A DNA stretch of 64,000 bases from a virus. Lineage: Duplodnaviria > Heunggongvirae > Uroviricota > Caudoviricetes. Of this stretch, positions 48,306-58,354 are shown one piece after another. The stretch spans positions 17,331-81,330 of the IMG/VR virus record IMGVR_UViG_3300026382_000013. One strand, given 5' to 3'. Position numbers and translations under genes: made by a program. Numbering within the stretch: position 1 is the first letter of the stretch; each line of letters opens with the position of its first letter. A model generated the notes under the pieces. It was not told the DNA's origin. It ran no database searches and worked only from the letters and a program-made list of their open reading frames with translations.

Positions 48306-51122
48306 TTAATTTAACTTATAAGACCCTAAACCAACAGTAGCCTTCACAGAAGCGTAAGAACTGACGAAACCACCTACATAGTGTGAAGCACTACTACCAC
48401 TAAATACTTTAGATGCAATATGTGTGCCAGCGTTTGCAGTGACAGAAGCATACCATGGATTATTTGAACTAGACCAAGCCTTAAACGTTATACTAATGCC
48501 TTCTACGGTTGTAGTGTACGTAAAATCCCTAGTATACGTGTCATCCTTATTAACATATTTTGTTGCCCCACCAACTTCTAGTAAGTTCCCTATACTAGGG
48601 TAAGAACTAACAACTACTCTAACCTTAGTTCCGTTTATGTACCAGTACACATCAACACTATTACCAGTACCTAAGTTATCACTTATATTCATTAATTTAA
48701 AGGAACTAAGGACTGTAACTGTAGGTTTAGCAGATATTACTCTGTTAGTGCTACTTTGGGCATAAGAGTTATACGGGTGTATATTATCCCTTAACGAGAA
48801 TGAGTGGGAGTCAGCGCCTTTATAGCTTTGTGTACCACCAGTTGCTGCTACATTTAGTATACCAGGAAGTCTAACATACCCATCGCTATCTACTACTAAA
48901 GCGCCAGTCTCATTATCATGGGCAAAGTTAGCTTTGTAGGAAGATGGTACACTACTAGTAGTGTAGTGTTGCCAGTTCGTTAATGAACCAGAAGAAGTAT
49001 AGTCTATCCAGCTGGACTTAATTACAGCACCTACAATATTTACACCCTCTATTAATCCCCCACTAATAGTACCACCATTTATTATAGGAGATGTAAAGCT
49101 GCTACCAGCTACTATTGTATCAGCAGTTATTGTGTTAGCATCTATAAGGCCACCATTTATACTTGTACTAGTGCTATCTAGGCCTAAACCATAGAAATTT
49201 ACTTTACCTGTAAACTCCACACCATTAGCATCAGCAACAAACACATCATGCCCTACACTACCATCTGTAAACCTAAACTTATTTGCATCCACCCAGAACT
49301 CACTACCAGCTTCCCCATTATCAGTAGCTGCTGCATTCATTTGTAGTCCAAAACCACTAGAATACGTTACACCATTTATACTAAGTTCAGAGTTGTATGC
49401 CCACTTACTTTCAACACCAGTGCTGCTAGCTTGTACATAGTTTACAACACTACCAGTACCTTCACCTACACCATCTAACTGTGCAGTTACAGTATCCACA
49501 ACTTGACTTAACCCATACTGAGCCTCATCTGCCAGTTGCTCCCACACACTACCACTCCATCTATACCCGACTACAGTAGTTGTTCCATCTATTTGTGTTG
49601 TAGGTACATACCATACATCACCTATATTCCTGTTAGCTTGTATGCTATCCCAGCTCAGTGATAATGTATCTCTCTCCTCTAGTGTTCCGTAGTGTATAGC
49701 TGATTTACCATCTGCCATGGCTGCTGCTTCACTTGCTAGCATATAAGCATTATTCGCTGCTGAGTCAGTAACTAGTGCCCATGTATACCCATCTGGGTCT
49801 GTACCAAGAGGAGTTGTAGTATCAACTACTGTTTTCATATACTTATAAGACTTCTCATATACCCACTGGCCAGTACTAGCATCTCTTGTATGGTATATGT
49901 AGATGTCTCCTATGTGGTTAGCTCTATTAGTTTCAAAGTAACAGTCACAGTCACCTCTAGTATTATGCGTTAGTTCCCATGTACCATTAGAACTAGTACA
50001 TATAGCACTATCTACATCATACGTAGTTGTAGTGTCAGTGTCGGTATCTGTAACATCTAATGCCCATGTGCTAGTTGTATCATCGTACACAGTATTTAAA
50101 GTATACACAATTCCACTAATACTATCAGTATACGTGTCAGTATCTAAGTTGTATGTTAAATCAACAGATACACCATCTACAGTAAACATCTGGTATGTTG
50201 CTAATTGTCTTTTAGCTTCTGCCACATCTAGCTTGTACCATAACGTATGTAAGTCTAATGTACTTGTACTTGTTGCTGTTGTTACATATACACCATCATC
50301 TTTGTACACATCTAGTATCTCAACTGTATCTACTAGTGGTACCCCATCATCGTCTACATCGTAAGTTAGTATATCTACCTCGCCCATGTAAGCTTCTATA
50401 GTCCCATCCATTTGGCTTTGTAACATACTTATATCTTGTAGTAGTCCAGTACCATCTACTACACCATCAGTTATACCCACTACATTATTTATAGTGTGTA
50501 CATTATATGCTGTAGCAGCTAAACCTGTATATGGGTTAGTTACTGTAGCCCCTAACGTAGTCATTTCAGAAGCAATAGCCCCAATACTGTCAGCATACGT
50601 ACTAGTAGCGTCCAAAGCCCATGAATTAGCACTTGAGTTCTGTCCATTGAACATACTTGCCATATACGTAGATATACTACTCTGTGTGTAATCTTTGCTA
50701 GCTAGTGTCTGTTGTGTGTTTAGTATAGCTGCTATGTTGCCATCAACAGTACTTTTTACATATGTATCTAAAGTATTTATAGTCTCTCTGTTAGTTACAA
50801 TCCTAGATATATTCTGGTTGACACCGTCTTCAAGACTACTGATAGCATTATTTAAGTCATTTATAAGCTGGTCTAACGCCTGTACACTATACCCATCACC
50901 TATTGCATTATTTATTGCTGTCTGTAACCAATCTGGCACAGTAGTTGGCCCGCTATTACTTCCATACATACCCCCAGATGTGATGACAAAGTTATTTTCT
51001 TCTATTACTACATCTATGTCGCTACTAACTTCATTAGATGTTACTGTACTATCTACTACCTCTACTACATCACTACTAGTCACTGTGGTAGTGTCTTGCA
51101 CAACTTCTAGTTCAGTACTCAT
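48306..51122 (-). CDS. tail fibre / tailspike protein (938 aa)
   Basis: Ser/Thr/Val-rich repetitive N-terminus. C-terminal Gly-rich beta-repeat-like NGGLIDANTITADTIVAGSSF...IINGGTISGGLIEG. Position in the tail module. Confidence 0.55.
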   Translation of the reverse strand: MSTELEVVQDTTTVTSSDVVEVVDSTVTSNEVSSDIDVVIEENNFVITSGGMYGSNSGPTTVPDWLQTAINNAIGDGYSVQALDQLINDLNNAISSLEDGVNQNISRIVTNRETINTLDTYVKSTVDGNIAAILNTQQTLASKDYTQSSISTYMASMFNGQNSSANSWALDATSTYADSIGAIASEMTTLGATVTNPYTGLAATAYNVHTINNVVGITDGVVDGTGLLQDISMLQSQMDGTIEAYMGEVDILTYDVDDDGVPLVDTVEILDVYKDDGVYVTTATSTSTLDLHTLWYKLDVAEAKRQLATYQMFTVDGVSVDLTYNLDTDTYTDSISGIVYTLNTVYDDTTSTWALDVTDTDTDTTTTYDVDSAICTSSNGTWELTHNTRGDCDCYFETNRANHIGDIYIYHTRDASTGQWVYEKSYKYMKTVVDTTTPLGTDPDGYTWALVTDSAANNAYMLASEAAAMADGKSAIHYGTLEERDTLSLSWDSIQANRNIGDVWYVPTTQIDGTTTVVGYRWSGSVWEQLADEAQYGLSQVVDTVTAQLDGVGEGTGSVVNYVQASSTGVESKWAYNSELSINGVTYSSGFGLQMNAAATDNGEAGSEFWVDANKFRFTDGSVGHDVFVADANGVEFTGKVNFYGLGLDSTSTSINGGLIDANTITADTIVAGSSFTSPIINGGTISGGLIEGVNIVGAVIKSSWIDYTSSGSLTNWQHYTTSSVPSSYKANFAHDNETGALVVDSDGYVRLPGILNVAATGGTQSYKGADSHSFSLRDNIHPYNSYAQSSTNRVISAKPTVTVLSSFKLMNISDNLGTGNSVDVYWYINGTKVRVVVSSYPSIGNLLEVGGATKYVNKDDTYTRDFTYTTTVEGISITFKAWSSSNNPWYASVTANAGTHIASKVFSGSSASHYVGGFVSSYASVKATVGLGSYKLN

Positions 51123-51124
51123 AA

Positions 51125-51493
51125 CTACACACCAGTTACAGCTACACTGATATTATCTATAATAACCACAATATCTTTTGTTCCATCACTAAACTTTATT
51201 GTAACTAAAGCTTGATAGTTAGGCTTACTATATAGTCTATCTTCCACAGCTCCCCTACTAATCTCTAAGCCAGCACTATCTACACCTAGTATTGTTCCAT
51301 GCACGATACCACTTAGAGGATTGCTACCCACAGTGATATTTGATGTTATTACTTTAGTCTTAGTCTCTTTATGGATGATATCTATAGTACCATTGTCAAA
51401 AGCTGTTAAGTCTTTAGGTAGGAAGCTGTTAGCCTCCTTTACTATAATGTTAAACGAGTAGTCTATTCCTCTAGGTATTGTCATATTAGCCAT
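51125..51493 (-). CDS. structural-module protein (122 aa)
   Basis: ORF with overlapped stop/start with the fibre gene. Confidence 0.45.
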   Translation of the reverse strand: MANMTIPRGIDYSFNIIVKEANSFLPKDLTAFDNGTIDIIHKETKTKVITSNITVGSNPLSGIVHGTILGVDSAGLEISRGAVEDRLYSKPNYQALVTIKFSDGTKDIVVIIDNISVAVTGV

Positions 51494-51504
51494 CTAGTAC
51501 CTCC

Positions 51505-52362
51505 TTACGCAGTTTCTGTGTTAAGATACGTAACTGCTGCACGCCATAAGTCTGCGTCTGTTGCGGACACTGCACCACCATTTCCACTACTGATCAGCAT
51601 ACTAATCATGTTAGCAGAACTATTAGCAGCATGCTGGAACTTATTATCATCGAATGCTTTAACTTGTCTAACTGCTACGTCGTATTGAGCTTGTGTAAGC
51701 CCTGGATTGGCTGGTTGTAAGTCAGACATGCTGGATATACTTCCATCAACATTAGCAGTGTATCCTACTACACCATTTTCCCTAAATGACTTAGCCATAG
51801 TAGCATACCCACTAATTTTTGATTGTTCCTCTTGATAGTGTTTTAAGCCTTTATTAGTCTCTATACTACCTTGAGGTAGCAATGTAGTTTCAAGAACTGT
51901 TGGTAAATTCACGCCATCATCTCTAACTAGATCAGCTTGTACTTTCCAGCCGCTAAAACGTTTTAAATTCACTTCTTCAGCTATCAAATCTATATTCTCA
52001 CCAGATGTTACATTGTCTGCTGCTATCTTATTACGTTGCTCTTTAACAAGTAATGTGTCCTCTTTAGCCTTAGTTAGTTGATATGGTGCATCTCTTCTAT
52101 CCTTAGCTATTTCATACGACAATGCCATAGCTTGACCAGATATACTAGATACAATGTTACTTAGTAAGCTTGATAATACATTAGCTCTCTCTGGACTTGT
52201 AATCCTACCGTCAGCCAGTAGCTTATCTATAGTCTCTTTAGCTCTAATATAAACACTGTCTGGGCCTACAGAAGCTACCATAAGTTCTTCATATGTAGGT
52301 ATTACATCTAAGTCAGCTACTGCCTCCTTAGTAAATATTTGTGATGATGTTGTATATGCCAT
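51505..52362 (-). CDS. structural-module protein (285 aa)
   Basis: ORF. Confidence 0.45.
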   Translation of the reverse strand: MAYTTSSQIFTKEAVADLDVIPTYEELMVASVGPDSVYIRAKETIDKLLADGRITSPERANVLSSLLSNIVSSISGQAMALSYEIAKDRRDAPYQLTKAKEDTLLVKEQRNKIAADNVTSGENIDLIAEEVNLKRFSGWKVQADLVRDDGVNLPTVLETTLLPQGSIETNKGLKHYQEEQSKISGYATMAKSFRENGVVGYTANVDGSISSMSDLQPANPGLTQAQYDVAVRQVKAFDDNKFQHAANSSANMISMLISSGNGGAVSATDADLWRAAVTYLNTETA

Positions 52363-52421
52363 TTGCTAATTCCTTTAATTTTATTCAGTTATGTATTATA
52401 CTCTAATTTACTTTAAAGACA

Positions 52422-54314
52422 CTACCAAGCATCATAGTACTTACTTGTGCATGCTCTAATTGTGCCTTCTGTCATGTTATAAGGCATTGCTCCCATTTGA
52501 CCATTCATATCTATAAAGCTGTATGTATCAAAAGACATCTGCATTAATCTTAAGTTGTCTACTCTAATTACAGCAGCGCTACTATCTTCATTCTCAACAG
52601 GAGGGAAACCACCATTTGTGTCACTAGGGGTAATACTTTTAACATACTGTTTAAATGCGGCATTTAGCCACCCCATAACTTTATTAAGGGATTGTAGCAT
52701 AGTCTCACTTGACCAATTGAAGGCATCTACAAGTGTTTCCCATATACTATCAACTAACTCTAAGAACTTTTCTTTAGCTACCTCATAAGCTTTAACAGCT
52801 ACTTCTTTAAGAGACATACTAGCTAGTGTACTAGCACCTTCCTTAATAGTAGTTGTAGCCATTGATATGTAACTTCCAAGGCTCATGCCCAACTGTAATA
52901 TACCAGCTATTGTTGCTATCCCTTGTAGTATAACTAAGCTATCACCTATAACCGCAGCCATAGTTATATCACCTTTCTTAGCAAGATAACTAGCTAGTAC
53001 ACCTAGTGCTAATGATTCTAGGCTTATTATTAACGTGAATACGAATAGGAAGTTAGCTGCCATCACAGTAGTCACTGGTGCACCACTTGTTATAGCTGCT
53101 GACACTCCAGAAGCACTACCTGCGGAGATAACAGCAATAGCTATCGCAACTATAATTATAATAATACCTATTAACCTTTCCCACGTGGAAGCCTCTGGCA
53201 TTATTGTTTGGGTATCTAAGTTCTTTCCCATAAATTCTATAAATTCATAAGGGTTCAATGCGTATAACCCAGTAGCTATTGTAGTGTCGGTAGCTTTTCT
53301 GCCTTTTAGTACAAAGGACTCACTTATTGTTTTATCTACTGCACTGTCCTTACCTAAGTCTAGAGAGGTATCAGTTTGTGTTAATGATAAAACTAATCCA
53401 TCATTGGTTACTAAATACTCCCCTAGGCAGTTATGCATTTGTTTTGTAAAACTATTATTTGTAAACACAATATTGTTATCATTCAGTTTACTTAATAGGT
53501 AGTCTCTGAAAGTACTGTCCTCAACATCATTTGCTGTATATGTAAATTCGATAACTACATCAGCAGTATAGGTCTCTGTACGGGTAATGAGGTCTGTAGC
53601 TGCTACAGTAGTTACTTTAGATATTACTTTAGCTGATGTTGAAAACTCAGCATTACCTGCATCACATAGTGCAGCAAATGCAACTTTATCATGTCCAGTG
53701 TCGTACACCAGTGACTCAACATCTGTATTATGTACTACACTAAGGCTACTAAAACCATTATTAACTTTAGCAAGCGCATCTGTTGCTATAGAATTTAACT
53801 CAGCTTGTACTACAGTGGTATCAGCCTCATACTCTGGACCCTTGAACTTACCTAGCAACAACTTACTTGTACCACTTAGAGGTACAATATATTGCTTCTT
53901 ATACCTAATTAATAACTTCTTTTTGGTACCTACTTGTTTCCTGTTAAGTAGGTAAGTATCTAGTTCTGTACTTAGTAGGCTTCTCCTATTAAGCTCAACA
54001 CCTTTCCAATATACATAAGCATACTCAACATTAACTATATCTGGGCTATCTTGTAACAACCCTTCTAGTGAGAGTCCAAGTACATCATATACCTTACCAT
54101 GACACTCACTTATTAGCTCTCGCTGAATAAACCCACCTAAGTTTTTAGCCCAAAAGTAAAAGTCAGCCATGACTATGTCATTGGTAGTTATGGTTTGATC
54201 CCAGTTGTGCCCAACATGTTTAGTTGGCCAACATTCTAGTATGGTATTTTGTGTTCTTTGTGCAGATATGTAAGCATTACGTAGTGGAGTTTCTTGGTCA
54301 TATATTAAGTACAT
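52422..54314 (-). CDS. structural-module protein (630 aa) with a long internal hydrophobic segment
   Basis: ORF. A ~110-aa Ala/Ile/Gly/Ser-rich stretch (IIIIVAIAIAVISAGSASGVSAAITSG...LQLGMSLGSYISMATTTI). Confidence 0.45.
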   Translation of the reverse strand: MYLIYDQETPLRNAYISAQRTQNTILECWPTKHVGHNWDQTITTNDIVMADFYFWAKNLGGFIQRELISECHGKVYDVLGLSLEGLLQDSPDIVNVEYAYVYWKGVELNRRSLLSTELDTYLLNRKQVGTKKKLLIRYKKQYIVPLSGTSKLLLGKFKGPEYEADTTVVQAELNSIATDALAKVNNGFSSLSVVHNTDVESLVYDTGHDKVAFAALCDAGNAEFSTSAKVISKVTTVAATDLITRTETYTADVVIEFTYTANDVEDSTFRDYLLSKLNDNNIVFTNNSFTKQMHNCLGEYLVTNDGLVLSLTQTDTSLDLGKDSAVDKTISESFVLKGRKATDTTIATGLYALNPYEFIEFMGKNLDTQTIMPEASTWERLIGIIIIIVAIAIAVISAGSASGVSAAITSGAPVTTVMAANFLFVFTLIISLESLALGVLASYLAKKGDITMAAVIGDSLVILQGIATIAGILQLGMSLGSYISMATTTIKEGASTLASMSLKEVAVKAYEVAKEKFLELVDSIWETLVDAFNWSSETMLQSLNKVMGWLNAAFKQYVKSITPSDTNGGFPPVENEDSSAAVIRVDNLRLMQMSFDTYSFIDMNGQMGAMPYNMTEGTIRACTSKYYDAW

Positions 54315-54366
54315 ACTAAACTCCTATTTAAATATAATAAGCCTCACCTAAGTGAAGCCTATATAC

Positions 54367-54852
54367 CTATTTTTTGTACTCTACTACGTACTTCTTAACA
54401 TGCTTAGGTGTTGAGATTCCATCAACATCGACATGCATAACTGCTTTAGCTTCATCAGCTAACTCAGCTAGTATCTTAGGTATTTCAACAAATGTGTCTA
54501 ATGGTATTTTCATACCAACATCACCATTACCTAGGTACACTTCAGTAGCACTAGATGCTTCACGTTTATCTACCATTGTAATACTAACCACAACAGACTG
54601 TAAGTTCTCTTTCTCTTGAGCTGCAATAATACGTTTAGCTTTAATAAGTGCAGTTTCTTTGTTAGTAGGTGTGATAACATCAGTCACTTCATCTGCTGCT
54701 TCCTCTTTAGGTTTTGCAATGTCTGCTGATTTACTCTCAGCTTCGTACTTAGCATCAATCTTTTCTTGTAGCTTGACAGCACCTATGTTCTTGTTGAAGT
54801 CAATACCTAATTCAGTAGCTTCTAGTTTTAAATCTTCTAGTGATTTACCCAT
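54367..54852 (-). CDS. structural-module protein (161 aa); N-terminus resembles a Rho-N/SAP-like helix
   Basis: MGKSLEDLKLEATELGIDF. Immediately downstream of the capsid gene. Confidence 0.4.
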   Translation of the reverse strand: MGKSLEDLKLEATELGIDFNKNIGAVKLQEKIDAKYEAESKSADIAKPKEEAADEVTDVITPTNKETALIKAKRIIAAQEKENLQSVVVSITMVDKREASSATEVYLGNGDVGMKIPLDTFVEIPKILAELADEAKAVMHVDVDGISTPKHVKKYVVEYKK

Positions 54853-55003
54853 TTCTAATTCCTTTGTGGTTGTTTAGTTTATGTGGTAGTATACAGTGGG
54901 TTTGCTTATATGAGGTTTAAGTAGATCTGTAGGTTATCACCTTTACCTGCTGGAAGTTTAGTATTACCGTGATATATGGTTGTGTAGTTTAGGAGTTTCA
55001 TAT

Positions 55004-55026
55004 ACTCCCCTTACTTAAAGGAGAGT
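55004..55026 (-). terminator. hairpin downstream of the capsid gene (partial terminator / attenuator)
   Basis: actcccctt-actta-aaggagagt (9-bp stem, one mismatch) in the 211-bp gap after the capsid stop. Confidence 0.4.
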
Positions 55027-55063
55027 ACAGAGTAAATAACCTTAAAGGCTATTATGCAACTAC

Positions 55064-56251
55064 CTATTTTGTTGCAAGGCAGTTGATGCGTAAAAGTTTT
55101 TCTGGCTGTAAAGCTAGACCAGCATAGAAGAAGTTTCCAGAGAAGAAACCTTTAGTTCCGTGTGGGTTAGCACTATCAATAGCTTCAGGAGCTTTTGCAT
55201 AGAATTTAACTTTACCACGACCTTTAAGACCAACAGTAGCGAATGCGCCTTTAGTTGGGAAAAGCATTGGGAATACATCAAAGTTAGTTCCGTCATTACT
55301 TAACTCACCAGCGTAGTCAGTAGGGATTTCTGCACCAGCTCCAACTTCCATCATAGCACCTTCAGACTCGATGAAACGTACATCATGCATTGAACCAACT
55401 TCACCTTCTGCAAGGTTACCAGCAGCAGCATATTGGTATGCAGGGATATATGCAAACTCAGTAGCATATACAGAACCACGTGTAAGTGTTTCTAAGTCAT
55501 ACTTAATTTCTGGTCCAATGATTGAGTAGAACGCTTTATTAACTGGTTTAGTACCAATTTTAGTAGACCCTGTAAGAATCTCAGTTTGACGTTGAGCACG
55601 GTTACGTACTAGTGCTTTAACACCTTTACGAACTAAGTCAAAAGATACTTTATAAAGTTCTTCATTTGTACCATCAGCTAAGATAGTTGCACCCATTTGT
55701 GCTTTAGTGATGTTACCACCAGCATTGATTACGATACCAGCACTTGATAGCATATCTTTTTGTACTAAATCTTCGTATGTTTGGTTAATTAAATAACCAA
55801 GTTCTTCACGATATTTTACTTGTGTGTTGTCTTCTGAGAACAGTGTAGCCTCATCAGTGTAATCTACCATAAAACCATAACGGTTAAGCGATGTCTCAAC
55901 TGTAACTTTCTTAGGTGTAACAGAGTTGATTGCTCCAGCACCTTCTGGAAGTCCAGCACCAGTTCCATCTACAGCTGCAAGTTTAGCAGATACAGTAGCT
56001 AGATCACGTTTTCCTAGGTAACCATTTGCTGCAAAGTTTACATCACCTTGGTCTAGGTCATAAATGTGTTGCCATTTAGAAATTTTGAAAGTCTTACCCA
56101 TACGTGTAGGCATAGATTTTCTATCTACGAATTGTCCATAAATTGATACTGCATTTGCAGCTTTAATACCAGCTCGGTCATAAAAATGTGTTACTGTGTT
56201 AGCACCAGATGATGCAGTTGTAGTACCATTACCATAAATTGTTGTTGCCAT
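55064..56251 (-). CDS. major capsid protein (395 aa)
   Basis: Position directly after the scaffold-like gene. Size typical of an HK97-fold capsid. Followed by a long gap with a terminator hairpin. Assignment positional. Confidence 0.55.
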   Translation of the reverse strand: MATTIYGNGTTTASSGANTVTHFYDRAGIKAANAVSIYGQFVDRKSMPTRMGKTFKISKWQHIYDLDQGDVNFAANGYLGKRDLATVSAKLAAVDGTGAGLPEGAGAINSVTPKKVTVETSLNRYGFMVDYTDEATLFSEDNTQVKYREELGYLINQTYEDLVQKDMLSSAGIVINAGGNITKAQMGATILADGTNEELYKVSFDLVRKGVKALVRNRAQRQTEILTGSTKIGTKPVNKAFYSIIGPEIKYDLETLTRGSVYATEFAYIPAYQYAAAGNLAEGEVGSMHDVRFIESEGAMMEVGAGAEIPTDYAGELSNDGTNFDVFPMLFPTKGAFATVGLKGRGKVKFYAKAPEAIDSANPHGTKGFFSGNFFYAGLALQPEKLLRINCLATK

Positions 56252-56289
56252 TGTTTGTCCTTTTAGTAGGTGTTTCCTACTTAACTAAT

Positions 56290-56313
56290 CAAGATAGCTT
56301 AATAGCTATCTTG
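56290..56313 (-). terminator. perfect 10-bp palindrome caagatagct-taat-agctatcttg overlapping the scaffold stop codon
   Basis: Read from the sequence. Lies between the scaffold and capsid genes. Confidence 0.4.
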
Positions 56314-57465
56314 AATCTTATTATACCACTCTTCGAATGCCTCTTCTGAGTCATCTAAGTAGTCTACAGCTTTCCGTTGAGGAGCAGCTTTAGATACAGG
56401 TGTTGCAGCTTTACGTTTAGGAGCCTTAGCTCTTTCTACTTCTACACTAGTCTGAGCTTGTCTTACTTGTTGTAGTTTAGCTTCAGCATCTTGAGCAGCT
56501 CTTTGTGCTGCTTCCTGCATCTTAACCTGTTCTAGATTTGAGTAATACATTGTAGCTGCTTCTTTGTAGTATTCAATGTCAGACTTTCTACCACCATCGT
56601 AAAGTTTTAACTTACCAACAGTTGGCATCAATGTGTCGTACATACCACTTTTCACATCCTCATGTAGTGCTTTAATCATAGTAGGTGTAGCTGACAACTC
56701 ATTCCATGAAGCGTCATCCCATTCATTGCTAAGAACCTTATTAGTACGTTCGTACTCTGGGTCACTACTAATGTCTGTAATCACTTCTTGCAGGTCTAGT
56801 TGTATTTCATCCCGACCATAATCCTCTGGTACGTAGTTTGTAGCTTCATCAGTTTCTAATTCGAGAGCATCAATGCCTGTTCGCTTCAGTACTTCTGTCA
56901 CTGCTTCCTTGTTACCCTTCAACACATCTATCATTAAGTTTAAGTCATCTGGTGTAATCTTATTTTGCTCTAAAGCATCTATCTGCTTTCTCCAAGGTTT
57001 GATAGCTTGTGTTTTACGTGTGTAATCCATAGCTTGACCAAATACTTGAGGGAACCTTTCTAGAACCTCTTCAGGAGTAAATTCAAATTCTCTACCATTA
57101 GCTTTAACTTTAAGTGTTTGTGTTGGTTGTGGCTTAACCTCAGGTGTTGCTTCCTCTTCAGTAACTTGCTCATCTTCAGTTTTAGTTTCATCAGCTGTTT
57201 CATTGTCAACTTCTACTTCATCTGAGGGCTCTTCAGTCTCAACTTCATCTTCAATCTCATCACTAGCATTATCATCGGAATCCTGGCCAACAGGTTGTTC
57301 CAAATCCTCTACTTCTTCTGTGTGTTCTATTTCTTCTTCAGGGGTTTGCTCTTCTTCTTGTAAGTCATCTGTTTCCCCTTCTATAGCATTTACTTGAGCT
57401 TCTAACTCTTCGTCACTCATGTCCCATAATTGATCTTCAGTTAGGTTATTGATTTCATCAGCCAT
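56299..57465 (-). CDS. scaffolding protein (388 aa)
   Basis: Extremely acidic N-terminal ~110 aa (EEQTPEEEIEHTEEVEDLE...). Helical coiled-coil C-terminus. Located between portal and capsid. Confidence 0.55.
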   Translation of the reverse strand: MADEINNLTEDQLWDMSDEELEAQVNAIEGETDDLQEEEQTPEEEIEHTEEVEDLEQPVGQDSDDNASDEIEDEVETEEPSDEVEVDNETADETKTEDEQVTEEEATPEVKPQPTQTLKVKANGREFEFTPEEVLERFPQVFGQAMDYTRKTQAIKPWRKQIDALEQNKITPDDLNLMIDVLKGNKEAVTEVLKRTGIDALELETDEATNYVPEDYGRDEIQLDLQEVITDISSDPEYERTNKVLSNEWDDASWNELSATPTMIKALHEDVKSGMYDTLMPTVGKLKLYDGGRKSDIEYYKEAATMYYSNLEQVKMQEAAQRAAQDAEAKLQQVRQAQTSVEVERAKAPKRKAATPVSKAAPQRKAVDYLDDSEEAFEEWYNKIQDSY

Positions 57466-57496
57466 ACTGTTCCTTTAAATAAGAGTAAGCCTAAGC

Positions 57497-57787
57497 CTAC
57501 TCTTCTTCCTCGTCAGCAAGTAGTGGTGCACCAAGATTCTCTACCATATGTAGGTAACCTTCAAAACAGCTAATTGCTGCAAGCTCTTCAAACAGTGTAC
57601 TTCTGATACTTCTACCATACTCTGTACTAAGTAAGCTTGTAGTGTCTACAGCTTTCTCTTTCATATAACCATCTAAGATTAAGCATTGGAAACGTCTATC
57701 TTCTTTTAATGACTTAAGGGCTTCATACTTGTTAATGAGATCTTGTCTCTCTGCTAATTCTAATTCTACTTCTTGGTTGTTCGACAT
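57497..57787 (-). CDS. head-module small protein (96 aa, acidic C-terminus)
   Basis: ORF ending ...LLADEEEE. Confidence 0.4.
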   Translation of the reverse strand: MSNNQEVELELAERQDLINKYEALKSLKEDRRFQCLILDGYMKEKAVDTTSLLSTEYGRSIRSTLFEELAAISCFEGYLHMVENLGAPLLADEEEE

Positions 57788-57868
57788 GCGAATCCTTTGT
57801 TTTATGTTTAGTCAAGCTCACTAGTAGCTTTATAGTCGCATTTTAACAGTGGAAGCCTTAAGACCTCC

Positions 57869-58129
57869 TTAGCCTTGCAATCCTAGCCCTTGTTCCGCAC
57901 TTTGCATCATAGGCTGTTCTTGTTGCTCTTGTTGTGGTGCCATTTGTTCCAACATCTGCATAGCTTGCTGTACTATTTCAGCTGGGACACCTTGCTGTAC
58001 TAACTCTTGAGGGCTTACACCTTGTTTAAGTAACTGAATAACTTGCATCATTAGTTGTCTCATTTGCTCTTGTTGAGCACCTTGTTGTCCTTGTCCAGCC
58101 ATTTGACCTGCTAATCCTTGTTCTTCCAT
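57869..58129 (-). CDS. Gln/Met-rich low-complexity small protein (86 aa)
   Basis: MEEQGLAGQMAGQGQQGAQQEQMRQLMMQ...QQEQQEQPMMQ. Sits between portal and scaffold. Confidence 0.4.
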   Translation of the reverse strand: MEEQGLAGQMAGQGQQGAQQEQMRQLMMQVIQLLKQGVSPQELVQQGVPAEIVQQAMQMLEQMAPQQEQQEQPMMQSAEQGLGLQG

Positions 58130-58354
58130 CTAGTATCCTTTATACATTGATTGAGCCATACTGTGTGCTTTTGCAAGTTCACTAGCTAGCCCATCTATTA
58201 CTGGTTCTACACTCTTTACACCATGGTCTAAACCTTGTGTAAATGCACTCTTCATCTCAAACTTCTTGTTAGCCTCATCGTAGGCAGCAGCCTTTTGTTT
58301 CATAGTTTGAAGCATACTTGCCTGTTCTGTTACTGTTCCATTGTCATAAATCAT
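58130..58354 (-). CDS. head-module small protein (74 aa)
   Basis: ORF with overlapped stop/start with the portal gene. Confidence 0.4.
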   Translation of the reverse strand: MIYDNGTVTEQASMLQTMKQKAAAYDEANKKFEMKSAFTQGLDHGVKSVEPVIDGLASELAKAHSMAQSMYKGY

